From Dimorphilus gyrociliatus (taxonomy: Eukaryota; Animalia; Annelida): a stretch of DNA of 64,000 nucleotides. Positions 12,901-26,466 of this stretch are shown in pieces. The notes under the pieces are model-generated. The model saw only the letters and a program-made list of their open reading frames with translations, made no database searches and was not told the DNA's origin. The stretch lies in assembly GCA_904063045.1 (NCBI GenBank), contig CAJFCJ010000005.1, positions 3,652,165 to 3,716,164 of the forward strand. The letters are read 5' to 3'. The first letter of the stretch is position 1, and each line of letters opens with the position of its first letter. The position numbers and the translations under genes are program-made.

Positions 12901-13722
12901 TAAGTAACTATATTTTTTCTACTTACGATATCGGCAATTCCGCAGGATAATTTTGAATATTTCTCGTTAAATTTATCGTTGGATTTCTCTTGAACAAGAG
13001 TTTTTAAATCAGAGTCTAAAAGTCTGTTATATAAAATATAACATATTAGTTATATACAGTTTAAAGACAACTATATACAGTATATATATATGTTTATATA
13101 TATGTTTATATATTCTATATTTACCTTTCCATTTCCCTTCTAGAATGTTTATCTAATAAATCAATTTTTGTTATTAAATTTACGTGTGTTGTTTCGAGAA
13201 TGACCATTGCCGATAAAGCAGCCATTACCCCAGACACATACTGGAAATTAAAGGATAGAAATACAAAATGACTTTACAATTCCCCCATCGTTTAGAAAAG
13301 AAGATAAAAAGATACTAGACAGTTTAATTGTGACAGTTAGGACAATGTTTCTTGCTGTGATTGGTACCACATAGTTCCTGTCTAGTACCTTATGGTTTTT
13401 ACTCTTACTTTTAGTGGTTCGACCATAAATTGAGAATCTATTAAGAATACGGAACACATTCGAAAATTCATATTGGCTAATTTGGTAACGAGCTCCTTCA
13501 TTACCGGAATATGACTGTACAATTCAATTTGACCTGGAAAATTATGTATTTTGATATTTAAACTAATAATTAATTACATTTAATTAAAATTTTGTAATTA
13601 TTACCTGGACAATCGAAGAGGTAGTAATCGTCTTCATGCTCTCCTAACTGCTCTTCTAACCAATCCAAATTCTTCGCGAAATATCTTAAAATGATAGTTT
13701 TCAAGCAGAATATTTAAAAATA

Positions 13723-13770
<48 letters not shown>

Positions 13771-14163
13771 TAACTCCATGCAGAATATTAATCCACCATT
13801 TGGACCATATTGCAATGATTCATCTTCCATAGCATCCTCTAGTTGTATAAGATCGCGAATATCTGTTACGCAATGTAATGTTACAACATGTTTCAAGTTT
13901 GTCATGTATAGTAAATTTACCAGCTGCAACTGGATAATCAAATTTTTCTGCAGCAGGGTCTAAGTTAATAACATGTATGGTTCGCTTTATAACTTCGCAA
14001 TGATGGACAATGGTAGTGCAATAAGAAGACTGCAAAATATGAAAGAATATTTCGTAATTAAATATCGCTCCCATGTGAAAGTTTAACATAGATCGTGTTT
14101 TATAAAACTGTTTACTTTGCCACTACCGGCTGGACCAATAACAAGTTGTCCGTATCTGGGCAT
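9995..14163 (-). CDS. GPN3: GPN-loop GTPase 3 (9 exons: 14163-14116, 14029-13921, 13862-13775, 13684-13605, about 13532-13409, 13240-13125, 13023-12927, 10203-10078, 10018-9995)
   Basis: [41 protein letters not shown], and C-terminal [11 protein letters not shown]...[11 protein letters not shown]. Intron 7 (12926-10204) is 2.7 kb. Confidence 0.95.
10506..11501 (-). CDS. Intronless TALE-class homeobox protein with an additional degenerate N-terminal homeodomain
   Basis: C-terminal [18 protein letters not shown]...[13 protein letters not shown] (PYP, three-residue TALE insertion, G50). A second HD-like block (TLESWF...[21 protein letters not shown]). First ATG at 11501; the track starts at a TTG at 11552. 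Confidence 0.9.
   Translation of the reverse strand: MSAVGSGVSDEEIVRMSTSSTSGSPSSSERRSPLHHVQHIQHLVVEEEKANVFRPWESPKRPSPDSSPRRFKPLAKSNVLGSKEISTLESWFLNEATSEGIHDIKIQRRLASSLNTSPAHIRTWLRQRMKQKNHLKSSQPQIIPFSGLASPCPVAQQHYNNAYLYNSYPSPTTSYTPYSPSPLGNMTGASPASAIHDNFIGYGGHSMISPHSINYSTPPAPLPPTHHPSSSSFAPLQLQPPPPAPAPSLNPQSSMTSPATTNEPETKKKRTRKNFAPEINSILNEWFEAHKVTPYPTEDEKQELMSKTGISQKQLKDWFGNRRRRRRCRKS
11608..11619. promoter_or_regulatory. Palindromic extended E-box AGTCACGTGACT upstream of the nested TALE gene
   Basis: Perfect 12-bp palindrome containing GTCACGTGAC (USF/MiT-TFE type), about 110 nt upstream of the first ATG. Function is inferred. Confidence 0.45.
13731..13767. repeat. (TA)n microsatellite, representative of dozens in the window
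   Basis: About 18 TA units in GPN3 intron 3; similar runs at 1298-1343, 6095-6116, 21800-21830, 35888-35912 and 47853-47876. Confidence 0.95.
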
Positions 14164-16018
14164 GTTTATACAATTCAATGGCCTCAGGAGTTCAACTTAT
14201 TTAGGGTAAACAAGGGAAACAGCGACTAAATGGAACGCAGCGAAAATTTTGAAAGCCTACTCGAATAGAAAATACTCCGAAATATTTTGGAAAAACACAG
14301 TGTCCCGATATCGTTTATAAGTTTCCATACCAACCAGTCCTTCCTTTAATAAAACCTTCTCTTTCATAGAATAAACATTAATTAAAGTCAATATTTCGAA
14401 TTATTTTATATTAAATTTAAAAACAAAATTCTCTTAAATATTAAATTATAGATTTCAAGACAAAGCAATTAATAATTTTAAGTATTTACATGTAAAAATA
14501 ACTTTTATTGATATGAGTATGTACGATAAATAGAAGTGCAGTATTTAAATATGAAAGGCGCGTTTAGATCAAATCGAAGAAATCAGCGTACGATCTAAAG
14601 GTAAAAAAGTTTTAAACTCTATAAGTTTCATTAACAATAAAACTTAATGTTTTTATTCTTATTTACTTGTAGACTCATTATGTTTAACATTTCTAAACTA
14701 CTTTAACTTGTTGCTAATGATAGTGATGTATATTATCGCTCTATTAACATCCTAACTAGTAAGAGTGTAAATAAAAAAAAGTTAAGGACGCGTTTTTGTA
14801 TATTATTCTTATTTAAACTGATTGTAATTTAATTGACAGTAATCTTCGAGCTGTTTTTATCAATGATTTAATGAATTTTTGGACAATATAATGTATCTAA
14901 TTAAGTAATAAGAGGCTAATGTATTGTTTGTAGCGAAACCATGACATATATAAAATCAATGTAATATGTATATTGAAAATATTATAAGTTTATACTTATA
15001 GCTATATACGTCTAGACAAATTGAATAATAAGAACGAACAAAGAGAAGGATTGGAAGAGATAAACAGGGAATTTATGTATATATATACTGTATATATTAA
15101 TATATGTCGTGTTTATACACTATGTATATGCCATACAATCTTTATACGATATTAGTCATGTGTATTTACTAATTTTAGAATCTGATCAATTAGTTTCTAC
15201 ATGAATTATCCATTAATTATAAAAACAGGGTAGTTTAGGAAAGGATAAGTACCTTTGTTGATAGAAAAGGGATAAGAAATGATCTCTTGTCTATAAAGGA
15301 TTGTTAATCGTCTCGAACAATTGATTTTTTCTATTTTATTCTTATTAAGATTTTTCTTAAAATCAATCGAATAAAGTGAATGAAATATTTCTGTTTTTTT
15401 TACTTAGGTTTATTTGCTTCAAAGGTGGATTTATAACTGTAAATTTCGATTAGACGGTCTTTCTGTAGGAAGATTAATATAATCCTTCAGTATGTTTATT
15501 TATTTCAATACCTATAGTTGAATCTCATTCAAAGGACTCTTTATAAGTCTTGTGTTGAAAGTAGTATACATTTTGTAAAGCAATAGTCCGATTTAAGCTG
15601 CGCTTGAAGGAAAAATAAGGAGTCTGCTTGACGTATAACTTCTTCTCTTTATTTACCCTTTAAATTTGTTCCCCACTATATAGTTAATATTTACATTACA
15701 TTAGTCCCGCATATGTACAACTGCGTCCGAACAAATGTTGATATTTTCTTATTATTTTAAGCTTTGAATGAATGTTATATATTTAATGGACAAATGCCGT
15801 TCTCTAATCTAACTAGGGGTTTTTCTCTTTTCCTCTTTTCCTCTTTTCTATCCGTTGTTATGAGTTGTTATTGATTCACCTTAATTGTTTAATATTCTCT
15901 CTTAAAGGGGCTTTCGTTCACGAATATGCCGAAATAAGAAGGAGAACGAGAGAGAAAGAGTGAGTGAGAGAAGAGAGAAACACGCATATGTGTTTATATA
16001 AATATATATTTATACAAC

Positions 16019-19000
16019 ATGAAAACTGTTAGTGTTCAATTGGATAATAAGACCAAAGTCCAATGGAATTTAAAGCCTTTCCAAGTTGGAAATGAACACA
16101 AAAATGTCAAAATACAAGCTAGATCAAGTGTTGTTTATAATCCATGCTTGCCAACTAGAGCAGCTGTTAGGGAGGAGAATTACTTAAGGAGACGTCGTCA
16201 AATGACTGAACAGGGATTTAGATCAGTTAATCATAAACCTTATAAAGGCATAGGGGATCCATTTTATCTAGATTATGATAAATTGGTGCTATTAGCTCTA
16301 GGACAATGGGATCCGGTAAGTATAATTTATTGAATATATTTTTAAAAACGATATCATAGTTAAGGACCTGTTGTCTTCTTTTTCTAGAATGACGAAGGTC
16401 AATATGAGGCTGAAGAAGACACTGAAAGTGAACATGAAAAGCCAACAGTAAAAAGGAAACAAATGGTATTTAGTAGTACAATATATACAAATGTTTTATA
16501 TATATTTAAATATAACTAATATAATCCCTTTTTCTTAACTAGAATGCGGCCAATTTTGTTCTTAGGTCACGTAAAAACTTGAACAATTTAAGAAAAGAGC
16601 AAGCTAGGATAAGGTAGGCCTTTTTATGAGATTTTTTATTTCTATTTATCCTATTTATCTATATAAACATAAAAAGACCTAGATAAAGGTGTTGAAATTA
16701 CAAAGAGGGAAAGAGTAAGAATTGAAATTAATCTTTGTATATTCTTGAACAGAATTGTTGAACAGAATGTTAGATTTGGTCATTCTTTATTTGAGATAAT
16801 GGAGAAAGAAGAAGAGAGAAAGGTAAGATAGTTTACTATCGTGTATATATTGCTATGTACTACTTAGTTTATACATACTGTATTTACACTTGTAGAGAAT
16901 TGAACAAGAGATAAGGGAAAGAGAAGAAAAGGCTAAAGCTTGTAAACCAATTGATAGTGACGAAGAGAAGGAAGAGTCTGAAGAGTCTGTCAACAGTTTA
17001 ATAGGGTTTGTTGATAGAATAATTGCTAAGTATACGAATGCCTACTATCGTGACCTACTATTAGTTATGTAGCCAAGTACGAGCCTTCGAGAAGGTATAC
17101 AGAGACACCTAATACGGACATTACTGATAGTCTTATACCTATCGAAACGACACGGTTAATTAATTATTTAATCATTAGCGTCTATTTCATAAATCTTTAA
17201 CGAAATTCTAGTACGGAAACCAGACAATCGACTGCTGACATTCGATCCTTGTCAAGAAATTTAAGGCCTTATGCTCCGTCAGCGTCCTTAGTTACGGCCG
17301 ACGCCAAAGGCTTGCCTCCCAGGGAGGACTTTTATCGTCAGTTATGCGTTCTAAATTGGATTTTAGATGCGATGAGCGTCGATACGTCTCAGACTCCACA
17401 TCAGCATATTGAACGTGTATCGTCCGCATTCTCCTCTGGTCGTTCTACAACATCCGGACGAAAACGAGACCAAAGTAGAAGCGAATCTCAATGGTCTGAT
17501 TTCGCAAGTTCTGTAAGTTATTAATGAAAATATACTATCTACAATTTCCATTACTGTTTATACCATCAACAACTATCAGGAAACCTCCTCGTTTCCTTCT
17601 CTTCTTTCTTCTACTATATTAAATCAATTGATCAATTAAAGAAAACGACAAAACCTATCCCTCTCTTTTTTCAACTTCTTGATTCAGTTCTATTCTCTTC
17701 TATGACATTTTCTTTCAATCTTTTTAGCCTAATGGAAACGAAAACGATGTGGTAGATAAACCTCAATCGTCTTCAGTAAATCAGGTAGTTCGATCTTGTT
17801 TCATTTCGGGATTTGATTGATAAATTCTCAACTAACATTTTCTGGTGTTTTTTCTTTAATTATTAATATATATTTATATATTGTTTTATTATTGTTGTTA
17901 TTATTATTGATTCTTTCTAAATGTTGGTTTTTTTTTGTTCATTTTTCCCTTTTTTTTAAACGTTTATAGAAGAAAGTTACAACTATTCAAAGGCCTACTT
18001 TAAATACTAGACAGTCATTAATTAGACGTAGACATTCAAATCTTACTGTGCCAAGTAGCTCTAGATCTTCCTCACCTTCTGCCAATCAAGTAAGGAAACA
18101 AATTTCCGGTTTTTTATTATACAATGTAGAATAAAACAATATCGTAAATTAGGCCTCGTCCTCTCCAAAATTAGAAGATGTTTCGGAAGATGATGAAAAA
18201 TCTGCAAATGTTAACGATAATCAACATAAAGCTAAAGAAAATGAAAGTAATAATAAAATACCGGAAGAGTCGAAGGTAAAAGATAAGATAATTCAAGGAG
18301 TAGAAGAGCCTACAAAAGAAGTTTGTATATTAAACATTTCCTTTTCTATATAGAAGATATAGTTTTAATAGTACTTAACTAAAGTATATATATAAATAAA
18401 GGAAGATAATACTACTAAGCCGAAACGGAAGCAGCAAACGGTTGGTAAAAGAAAAGCTCAAATATCGGAGGAACATATGCAAATTTATGTAAATATATTA
18501 TTTTAATATGTTGGCAAACGTATATATTTGTGTTTTTATTTATTTAGAAACATCTTGAAGTTCTTCAAAGGGAAGAACGAGATCCTCGTCTAGCCAAATT
18601 AACACATGCAGAAGACAGAAGGAGAGAAGTCATGATACGCGCTAGCGAAAACATTCGACCTCAAAGGTTAATTAATTAATTAACTTTAACAAAAATACTA
18701 ATCCTTCTCTTTCGTTCTTGAAGCTCTCCTGCCGTTCTCGAATATGCCTCTTCTTTACCAAGTTGGAAGAAGGGAGCTGTTCCTTCAGAAATGAGGAACA
18801 AGTTTGCCGAAGTTGGTCAAACTCAAGCGTTACTTTTGCACGAAGCCTTCGAAGCCAGAGAAAAGTGATTATATACAAAAATAAGACGGGGTTGACCAGT
18901 AACAATTTTGTTTTTCTTAATATAGTAATAGGAACAAGCAGATGCTTCATAAATTTAGGAGATTATCAACTTCTCAACTTCACTTTCACAACGCTGTTAG

Positions 19001-20993
19001 GAATATGAGAAGTGGGCGTCGTTCGCCAAGATCATCGAAACATTCCATATCGCAGAAGAATGAAAATTACGATTATTCTAAAGAATTAACTTTAGATAGC
19101 GATACTGAGGCTATGGGAAATTCTCTATCGGTAATTAGATATATAACCTTTTATATATCATTTACCCTTTAGCTATTCCTTAACAGTTTAGGAGTGCAAC
19201 AGACGATTGGAGAAGGTCAGCAATATGGAAACAGAAGAAGAGGGAAATAGCTCATGGTCTTAGAAAATTGAAAATTGAACAGGCAAAAGAAGCTGAAAAG
19301 AGGGACAAAAGCTCTGGTCGTTTTAAATATTACGATTGGTAAGATTATATACACTGTATATTTGAACATACTATGAATATTCATTAATGTATTATATGTT
19401 ATAGGTATATTGATTTGAATATACAATGTTTCGAATATGACGAATATTTAAATTGCCCATTAATTATGGCGCAATTGAGAGAATTAGAGAAATTTGGTAA
19501 AGTAAGTAATACTATATTTACAAAAATTATAAAAGCAGTATTTACGTATATATTTAGGCCTATATATAAGTAAAGATATGCGTACAATATTCGTATTAAG
19601 GCAGAAAGGAATGAATAGATAGAATATTTTAAAATAGAGAAAATTTTGTTTTTTTTAAAAAAAAATAATTTTCAATTTTTTTTTATTAATAATTATTAAC
19701 AACTATTGTTTTTTTTGTTTTATTTTGTTTTGTCTATTTTGTTTACCTGTTTATTTTTTATGTTCTTTTTTTTGTTTATACTAATTTTATTACAGGTTTC
19801 CATTCTAGCTAACAGTGAAGTTTGCAAGGTATATAACATATCTAACGTATACAATCCTATTATATGTGTGTGCATATACTATTAACCTGCACCATTTCAT
19901 TTTCTTTTATTTTTTTTAATTAAAAAAAAAACAATAATAACAACAACAACAAAAACAACAACAACAACAACAACAACACTTAATAAAAACAATAACAATA
20001 AACCGTAATACAAACAAAATATCAGTCTTCGACGGCGGTCGATAATGTAAAATCATCGAGAAAGTCGGCAGCCGTACCCTCTGCCACACTTTTATGGCAA
20101 GTGAGTATTTATAATAATCTACTGTTAATTATTATATTTTAGTATATAAACTGTTTATATGCAGTCGATATATATAGATAGATAGATAGAACACTGTCAG
20201 TATCTTCTAACTCTCTATCGTCTTTATCTATCGCTCTCCGTTCTTTTATCTTTTAGTAACTAATTAATTTGTTAATTTATTTACTTATTATTAGTTAATT
20301 TATTTGTAAATAAGGTTTATTATTAAGAGTAGGACATATGCATCTATTTTCTTTATACATTTTACTGAATATACTGTATGCTGTATATCTGTTTACAACG
20401 AGTTTTTGAATAGTGATTGTCCCTATATACCTCTCCCACTCCCACCTTTCTACCTTGGCCCGCCCCTCGCTCTTAGCTCTAAATGGTCACTCTCCTCCTC
20501 CAAACTACTTATCAATTCCCACTAATCCTCAAAAGAAAGGACACGATTGTCCCTGATTATTTTTTTATTCAATCTGTCTATCAATCATTAAATTAAAATC
20601 TTTAAATATTTCAACGACAGTTGGAATCGGCTAAGCAGACTCCGAGAAAATTTTTAACTGCTCTCGAGAAGCTAAGAGAATGGGAGATTTGTTCTCCTCA
20701 CGTAAGATCTTTTTCCATCCTTCTCATTCTATAATATAACTTTTCTATTATCATTATCGTTATTATTATAGGTAAGTCAGGCAATAGAATTCTGCAGGGA
20801 AAGAATTATCGAAATGCCTGTAGAAGAATACGAAGAATGGTTTCGAGAAGTATTTCCGAATATTTCAAGACCCCAAACTGCGCCACCAGCAAGTAGTCGA
20901 AGTAAAGGCAATAACGGTAATAATAGCGCAAGCGATAAACAAAAGTCATCAAACTTAAAATCAAAAAGTACACCTGCAATATCAAGATTTTGA
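16019..20993 (+). CDS. CCDC60: Coiled-coil domain protein CCDC60-like, multi-exon
   Basis: FYRQLCVLNWILDAMSVD (17249 ORF) and C-terminal exons LRELEKFGK / KFLTALEKLREWEICSP / QAIEFCRERIIEMPVEEYEEWF match recalled CCDC60 motifs; stop at 20991-20993. Not every internal exon was resolved. Confidence 0.85.
19936..19978. repeat. (CAA)n microsatellite in a CCDC60 intron
   Basis: Imperfect AAC tandem run read directly. Confidence 0.9.
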
Positions 20994-21798
20994 TTTAAAA
21001 AAATAAGAAACCTATTTTTGTTGCTCAATTATTTTTTGTTTTGCTTCACGTTTGTGTCAAAAATTGATAAGAAAAACGAAAAATTGCGATTAATTATTTG
21101 TTTTCTTCATCTTATCTTCTCAGCGGAAAAAAAAATTCGTTAAAAACTCTTTTAACTACAAATGTTTTCTTCTGTATTTGAACAAAAAAAAATTGAAAAG
21201 GAGATCCAAAAGAGGAAGAAAATAAAATATCGTGTATTTATTTTTTTAAGCCTTTTTTTCTTTAAAAGTTAAATTAATAAAAGATGATTTAATGAACAAA
21301 ATTAACATATATTAAAAAAATAGATGAGAGAATAAGATGTAATATCTGTTTCTACTGTTTAATTTGCATCTTATTCAATTATTCATTTTCAAAGATATTG
21401 GCATTCTATCCATTTTTAACATTTACTAAATTTGTTTTTTATCCATTCCAACATACGATTCCTATATAGGTTATTTTCCTTTCCTTAGGGCATGCAAAAA
21501 AAAATACTGTTTTTAGCAGCAACGTATTCTAAACGGGCCCTTCCTGAGTAACACTTACACGAATAGCACATAACATTAATGTCATAAATTTTGGAAGTGA
21601 TAAGGTATAACTTAACTTGGTAAAAGGGAAATTCAAAATATGTAAACATAACCAGCATTTTTCAAAATCAAGGATTTCACAAAAAAATCATCATTAAATC
21701 AAATTTATAACTTGCATTGATAAACGTTAATTCTTTCTTTTTCAACATATTTTTTTCATTAATTAAATCATTCAAAGAATATGTAAAGAAAGAGAAAC

Positions 21799-21833
<35 letters not shown>

Positions 21834-22103
21834 TAAGTTTACATATGTATATAGTGTATCATGACTCACAATCAATACGAATTTTTGGTTGAGCTCAATT
21901 TAAAATATTAAATATTTAGGGCAAGTTTAAGATTATTTGAGCCTGCTGAAAACATCTTTAACTTGTCCAAATCAAAATAATAATATTTAAAAAATTCATT
22001 AAATTGACATATGAATACATAGACTTCAATGGTAAAGTTGGGTTTTTTTTCATTTTTCTTTGTTTTTTTTCGATATAAGATATAATACAAATCGGTAATA
22101 CGT

Positions 22104-25010
22104 CTATTCAGGTAAAACTCCGGTCTTTTTATACGCATCCAAGTCAATAACAACATCTTGTATTGGTTCCCTCCAGTATGTAAAATTGCTAAATTCTTCA
22201 GCTTCTGGAAAGTTGCAACTTTCAATTTTACCGGACGTATGCCTTTCTTTATTTAATTTTGGCAGTCTTTCTCCGTCAACAAGCGGAGGAAATAAATGAT
22301 CTACTATGGAATTCATCTTTTCGTAGCTTGACAAAAAGCCTGGTGTCTTTTCTAAAGTCAATTCTCCCCTATGATTGACAGTAAATATTCTAGAGAGGGG
22401 TACTCCAACGGCTTGATAAGCCCAAACATCCTGTTGAATGAGTACATTTGTATCAGAAACACTATACACTATCAATTAAACTATATACTACTTACATTCG
22501 ATCTATTTCCGTAGCCAGCATAAAATGGATTACGATCATGGAATAAATCTCTGATATCTTTTAAGCAGCTAATTTTAAACTCTTCAGGTTTACGTTCTAT
22601 AACTTCTTTATGGAAGGCGCTTATTAGGGAAGAGGGGGATAGCAGCAGAGGTCCATCTGGTAGTTCGTGCTGGCCAATTTGTTTAATAGATTTCAAATAT
22701 TGTCGAGTTGTGTGAGCTTGTCCTATAGCTCTAGCAGATAGGTATATAAATTTGTATCCATTTCTATGAATATCCTGGTACAGTTTAGCAATACCAGCTT
22801 GAGACCAATCATGTCTGAAAAAGGGGAGCATCGGTAAGACTTGACCAAAGACGTCAGATTTTGTTATTGTTCCGTCAATGTCCGATATAATTAGCCTATC
22901 ATCCCAGCGGAATAGGTGAATATACGATACTAGTCGAGTAGTACCTTGTAGGGAGGTTGTAACAGTATAAGTTATTTCGTTAGCTCCTTCCTTGAGTCCT
23001 AATTTCGCAATTTGTTCAGGAGTTAATCGTGTACTTTTCACAAATTTATCGGGTTCTACATTAATTTCTTCTTTAGAATCTTCTGGCGATTCTTTGGTAA
23101 TAGATGGTATTTCTTTGATTTTATTGTCTTTGTTATTCTTAACACCTGATTGACTAGTTGAAGATGGATCTCTTCCTCCAAACCCCCAGAACCATCCCTT
23201 TTTTCTCTTCGACATATGATTCTTAACCAAATTATCCACGCAATTCTAGGAAGTCAATAGTATAATTATAAGCAGGATATATTTAACGTTTCAATAACCT
23301 ACTCGACGATCCAATCAATAAAACAATCTAAATTCAAATGGTATGCAAAGATAGATATTATAATCTAACATAAAAAAATTACGGTTGTCTAAGCTACCAT
23401 TTTCCTTCTTGTTTATTAATGGAACGTTTATCATTTTTCTATGTTATTTTGTTGTTGTAGATCACATGCAGAAAGCTTACCTCGGGTAAATTTTCCTCAA
23501 AAGTATTTAAACATAACAGAATAGGTGCCGCACAAGCCCAATTATAAAACTTTTCCCCAATTTTGACTACTAAACTTGGGTGGGTTGTTATTTCGGGATT
23601 TTTACAGAATTGTTCAAATGTAACTAGATGTTCAGCAAATTTTTCTTTTGATGCCTCACTAGCATTACCACAAAGGGATAGGGAAACCGTGGGAAAAATT
23701 TCGGGTCTTCTCACTACAGGTTTAATAACCTGTTCAACAGGCGATTGAGGTAATGATCTTCCATGGCCACTTTCAACGTCATCGTCTTTTGTATTGAGTG
23801 CGGGAGAACGAGATCTACAAAATAGATGGATTTCGTAACATATATTGTATATATTAATAGAATAAAGCTCTTTTTAATATTTTTTTGAAATCAATATGAT
23901 TAGTCATACTCACGAGACATTCGTAGTCGAATATAAATAATGTGAAGCGACTTCTTCGTCTGCTTCTAAATCTGATAAATAGATTCCTTCTTCTTTTATT
24001 TGTTTACCATTCTTCGTGAAGTTCCAATTTGGTTGTTTATTAACATCACTTTTATCGATTGCAACTGGCGTTGTTGACGTGCTTTTGGGTAATTCACCCC
24101 ATTCCCAAAATAATTCGTTGATAACTTGAAATTTATCGCCGGTTAAATTAGTTTGGGCCCCAGTTTCAGCTCTGATTTGTCTTACTTCAAATTCTGTATC
24201 ACTTTTAGGAGAAGGAGATCTTGAAGGTTCTGGTGACATTTGAGGGGTAATGTCACCATCGCTAAATGGGTGAATTTCTGGATCAACAGCTGACCACTTT
24301 TCACTATCCAAATGAGGTAAGCTGTAAGACATAGACAGTTCACCGCTGACGTGGTCAAGCTTGAAGACATCGTCAGAGTTGGATACGTATCGTTTTGCCC
24401 TTTTAGCCTTCATTCTTTTCCAATCATTGGATACCTTTAGTGGTAAAATCTCATTTTCAAATGTTTGCGTAGAGGATGAAAGGTGACAACCATCCTTCGG
24501 GGGAGTGTTTCTTAGTTGTTCATAGTTCTTTTCAAAATTAATATCCAAGGGTGCGTCAGGGTTGTTTGGCGACAATAATTCAACATGTCCAGCAGTAAGA
24601 TCAGTTTGAGTTGCTTTGTCAAGATCATTAATATTTTCCGATAGTGACAACTTCAATTGTTCTAATCCTTCTTCCATAAACTGTAGAGAGTTAGGAATGG
24701 GAGACGTTGCTAAATATTCAGGAACATCATTCGATTCAGTCGCTTCAACAAAGAAAGCTTCACCGGCTTCTCCCAATTTCATATGAACATCTTCAACGAA
24801 TCTACCATTAATTTCAATATCAACAACCTTCTCTTTAGCTCTTAAAACTCCAATTTTTCCAAATCTAACGTGAAAAGGGCCAGAAACAATCTTTCCATCG
24901 GGTTGTTGAACCATAACAACATCGATAGCACCGTTAAGAGTAGCAGGATTGATTTCCTTATAAAGATTGCCAAGATGCGTAAATACGTTGTAAATAGAAT
25001 TCATAGCCAT
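22104..25010 (-). CDS. LPIN: Lipin phosphatidate phosphatase (exons 25010-23914, 23814-23481, 23245-22496, 22430-22104)
   Basis: N-LIP (NPATLNGAIDV...FHVRFGK), M-LIP (VSLSLCG...KIGEKFYNW), C-LIP with catalytic DIDGT, and FYAGYGNR. Confidence 0.96.
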
Positions 25011-25613
25011 TGTGGTAAATCAGGAGGCAAATGTATTATTTCTTAATATTCTATTCGATGCAGCTCGTTTTCCTAAGCTATTTCTATCTAAAGGTTTTTT
25101 GACCAGTCGGAAAATTTCACATCTGTCTGCGAATAAGAAAAAACGAAAACTAAAATTATTTTCTCTGACTATAAAGTTAAAAAAAAGATTCTTATTTGAA
25201 AACAAGAGATTATCATGGAACGGGAGCATAACAGAAGTGATAACCAACTTTGTGATCAGTGAATCATATGTGAGCATATTGTCGGTCACGAGACACGGGC
25301 GTTATAAATACAGCACAATTTTATTTAATGCTTTCAAAGACACTATGCAAGACAGTTCAATAACTGATAACAACTGAGCGAAGAAAGAAAATTTAGTATT
25401 TTCTATTGTTTACGCCTTCAATTTAAATAATGACTCAAATTTTTAATGAAAATTAATCAATGAAATTGTATTTACCTATTCAGTTTACCTAAAAAGTTCT
25501 CACCAGATTCGAACTGGGGAAATTTTCTAGTTTATCTACATTTTCGCGCAGATCATCGGATCATACTAGTTCTTACGGCGAAGCTGATTGGACGAACCGG
25601 CAAACATTCGACA

Positions 25614-25624
25614 GGTCACGTGAT
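25614..25624. promoter_or_regulatory. E-box GGTCACGTGAT with nearby CCAAT element upstream of lipin
   Basis: GTCACGTGAT at 25615-25624 and ATTGG at about 25587, in a GC-richer patch about 600 nt 5' of the lipin ATG. Function is inferred. Confidence 0.35.
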
Positions 25625-26466
25625 ATACTTTTTTTTTCTCTAAGCCTACTATCCGTATTAAATGTATTTGAAGGTCACCTGGTTATGATCGCTCTAATAT
25701 ACAAAATAAGGACACTGTGACAAATAAACTACTAGTAAAGGTCGCTGAACTTGACATGGTTTATTTTTTTACTCTTTCATGAATTGATAGCTTCAAATGA
25801 ACTGTTTAGTTATATTTTTCACTATTTCAATGATTCATTTTCCGTAATCCTAACAACTCGGGAGACAAAATATCTCGTATTGTGCAATTTGACCTTTGAC
25901 TTTTGATTAGTAACGTGTTTTTACTGTATAGTTTAGTACATAAATATATATATATATATGCATAAAATATTGAATAGATAAGTTAAAAAAAAGAGAGCAA
26001 ATGATAAGAGATTAGAAAAGATGCTTTAGAAGGAAAAAACAACAATAATAACAATAAAAGAACAAAGAGATCTCATTTGGTAAGGAGAGAAAAACTCAAA
26101 GGCAAAAAAACAAAAAAAAAATTTCAACAGCAAAGTCAATGCCCTCTACAGAACAAAAAATACATCCAAGGTCTTATTAAAATTAAGAGTGAATTAAGTC
26201 AATTTATTCAATCCCTTTGTTTATTTACTATAGGTGTATTTTTCCTTCTTTTTTTCAGCTATCTTATAACCTTAACTAGTTTTATCGGTTGTCTTTCTCC
26301 TTTCTTACATACAAAAGTATAGAGTATAGCACGATTAACAAAACGTTCACGTTCCATGGTTTCCTTATTATTATACACATTTAAAAAAGAATTAGATTTA
26401 AAGATACTTACGAATTTAATACTTTCTTTAAAAAGGAAGGAACATGGAGGTTGTATATATATATTT

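Noticed and set aside
14200-15700. Several splice-site-like signals and short open frames between GPN3 and CCDC60
   Set aside because: Could not be chained into a phase-consistent gene; may be UTR exons or an undetected small gene.
25495-25525. tRNA T-arm / B-box-like CCAGTTCGAATCTGG on the minus strand
   Set aside because: Only a 4-bp stem; no D-arm, anticodon arm or acceptor stem could be formed upstream.
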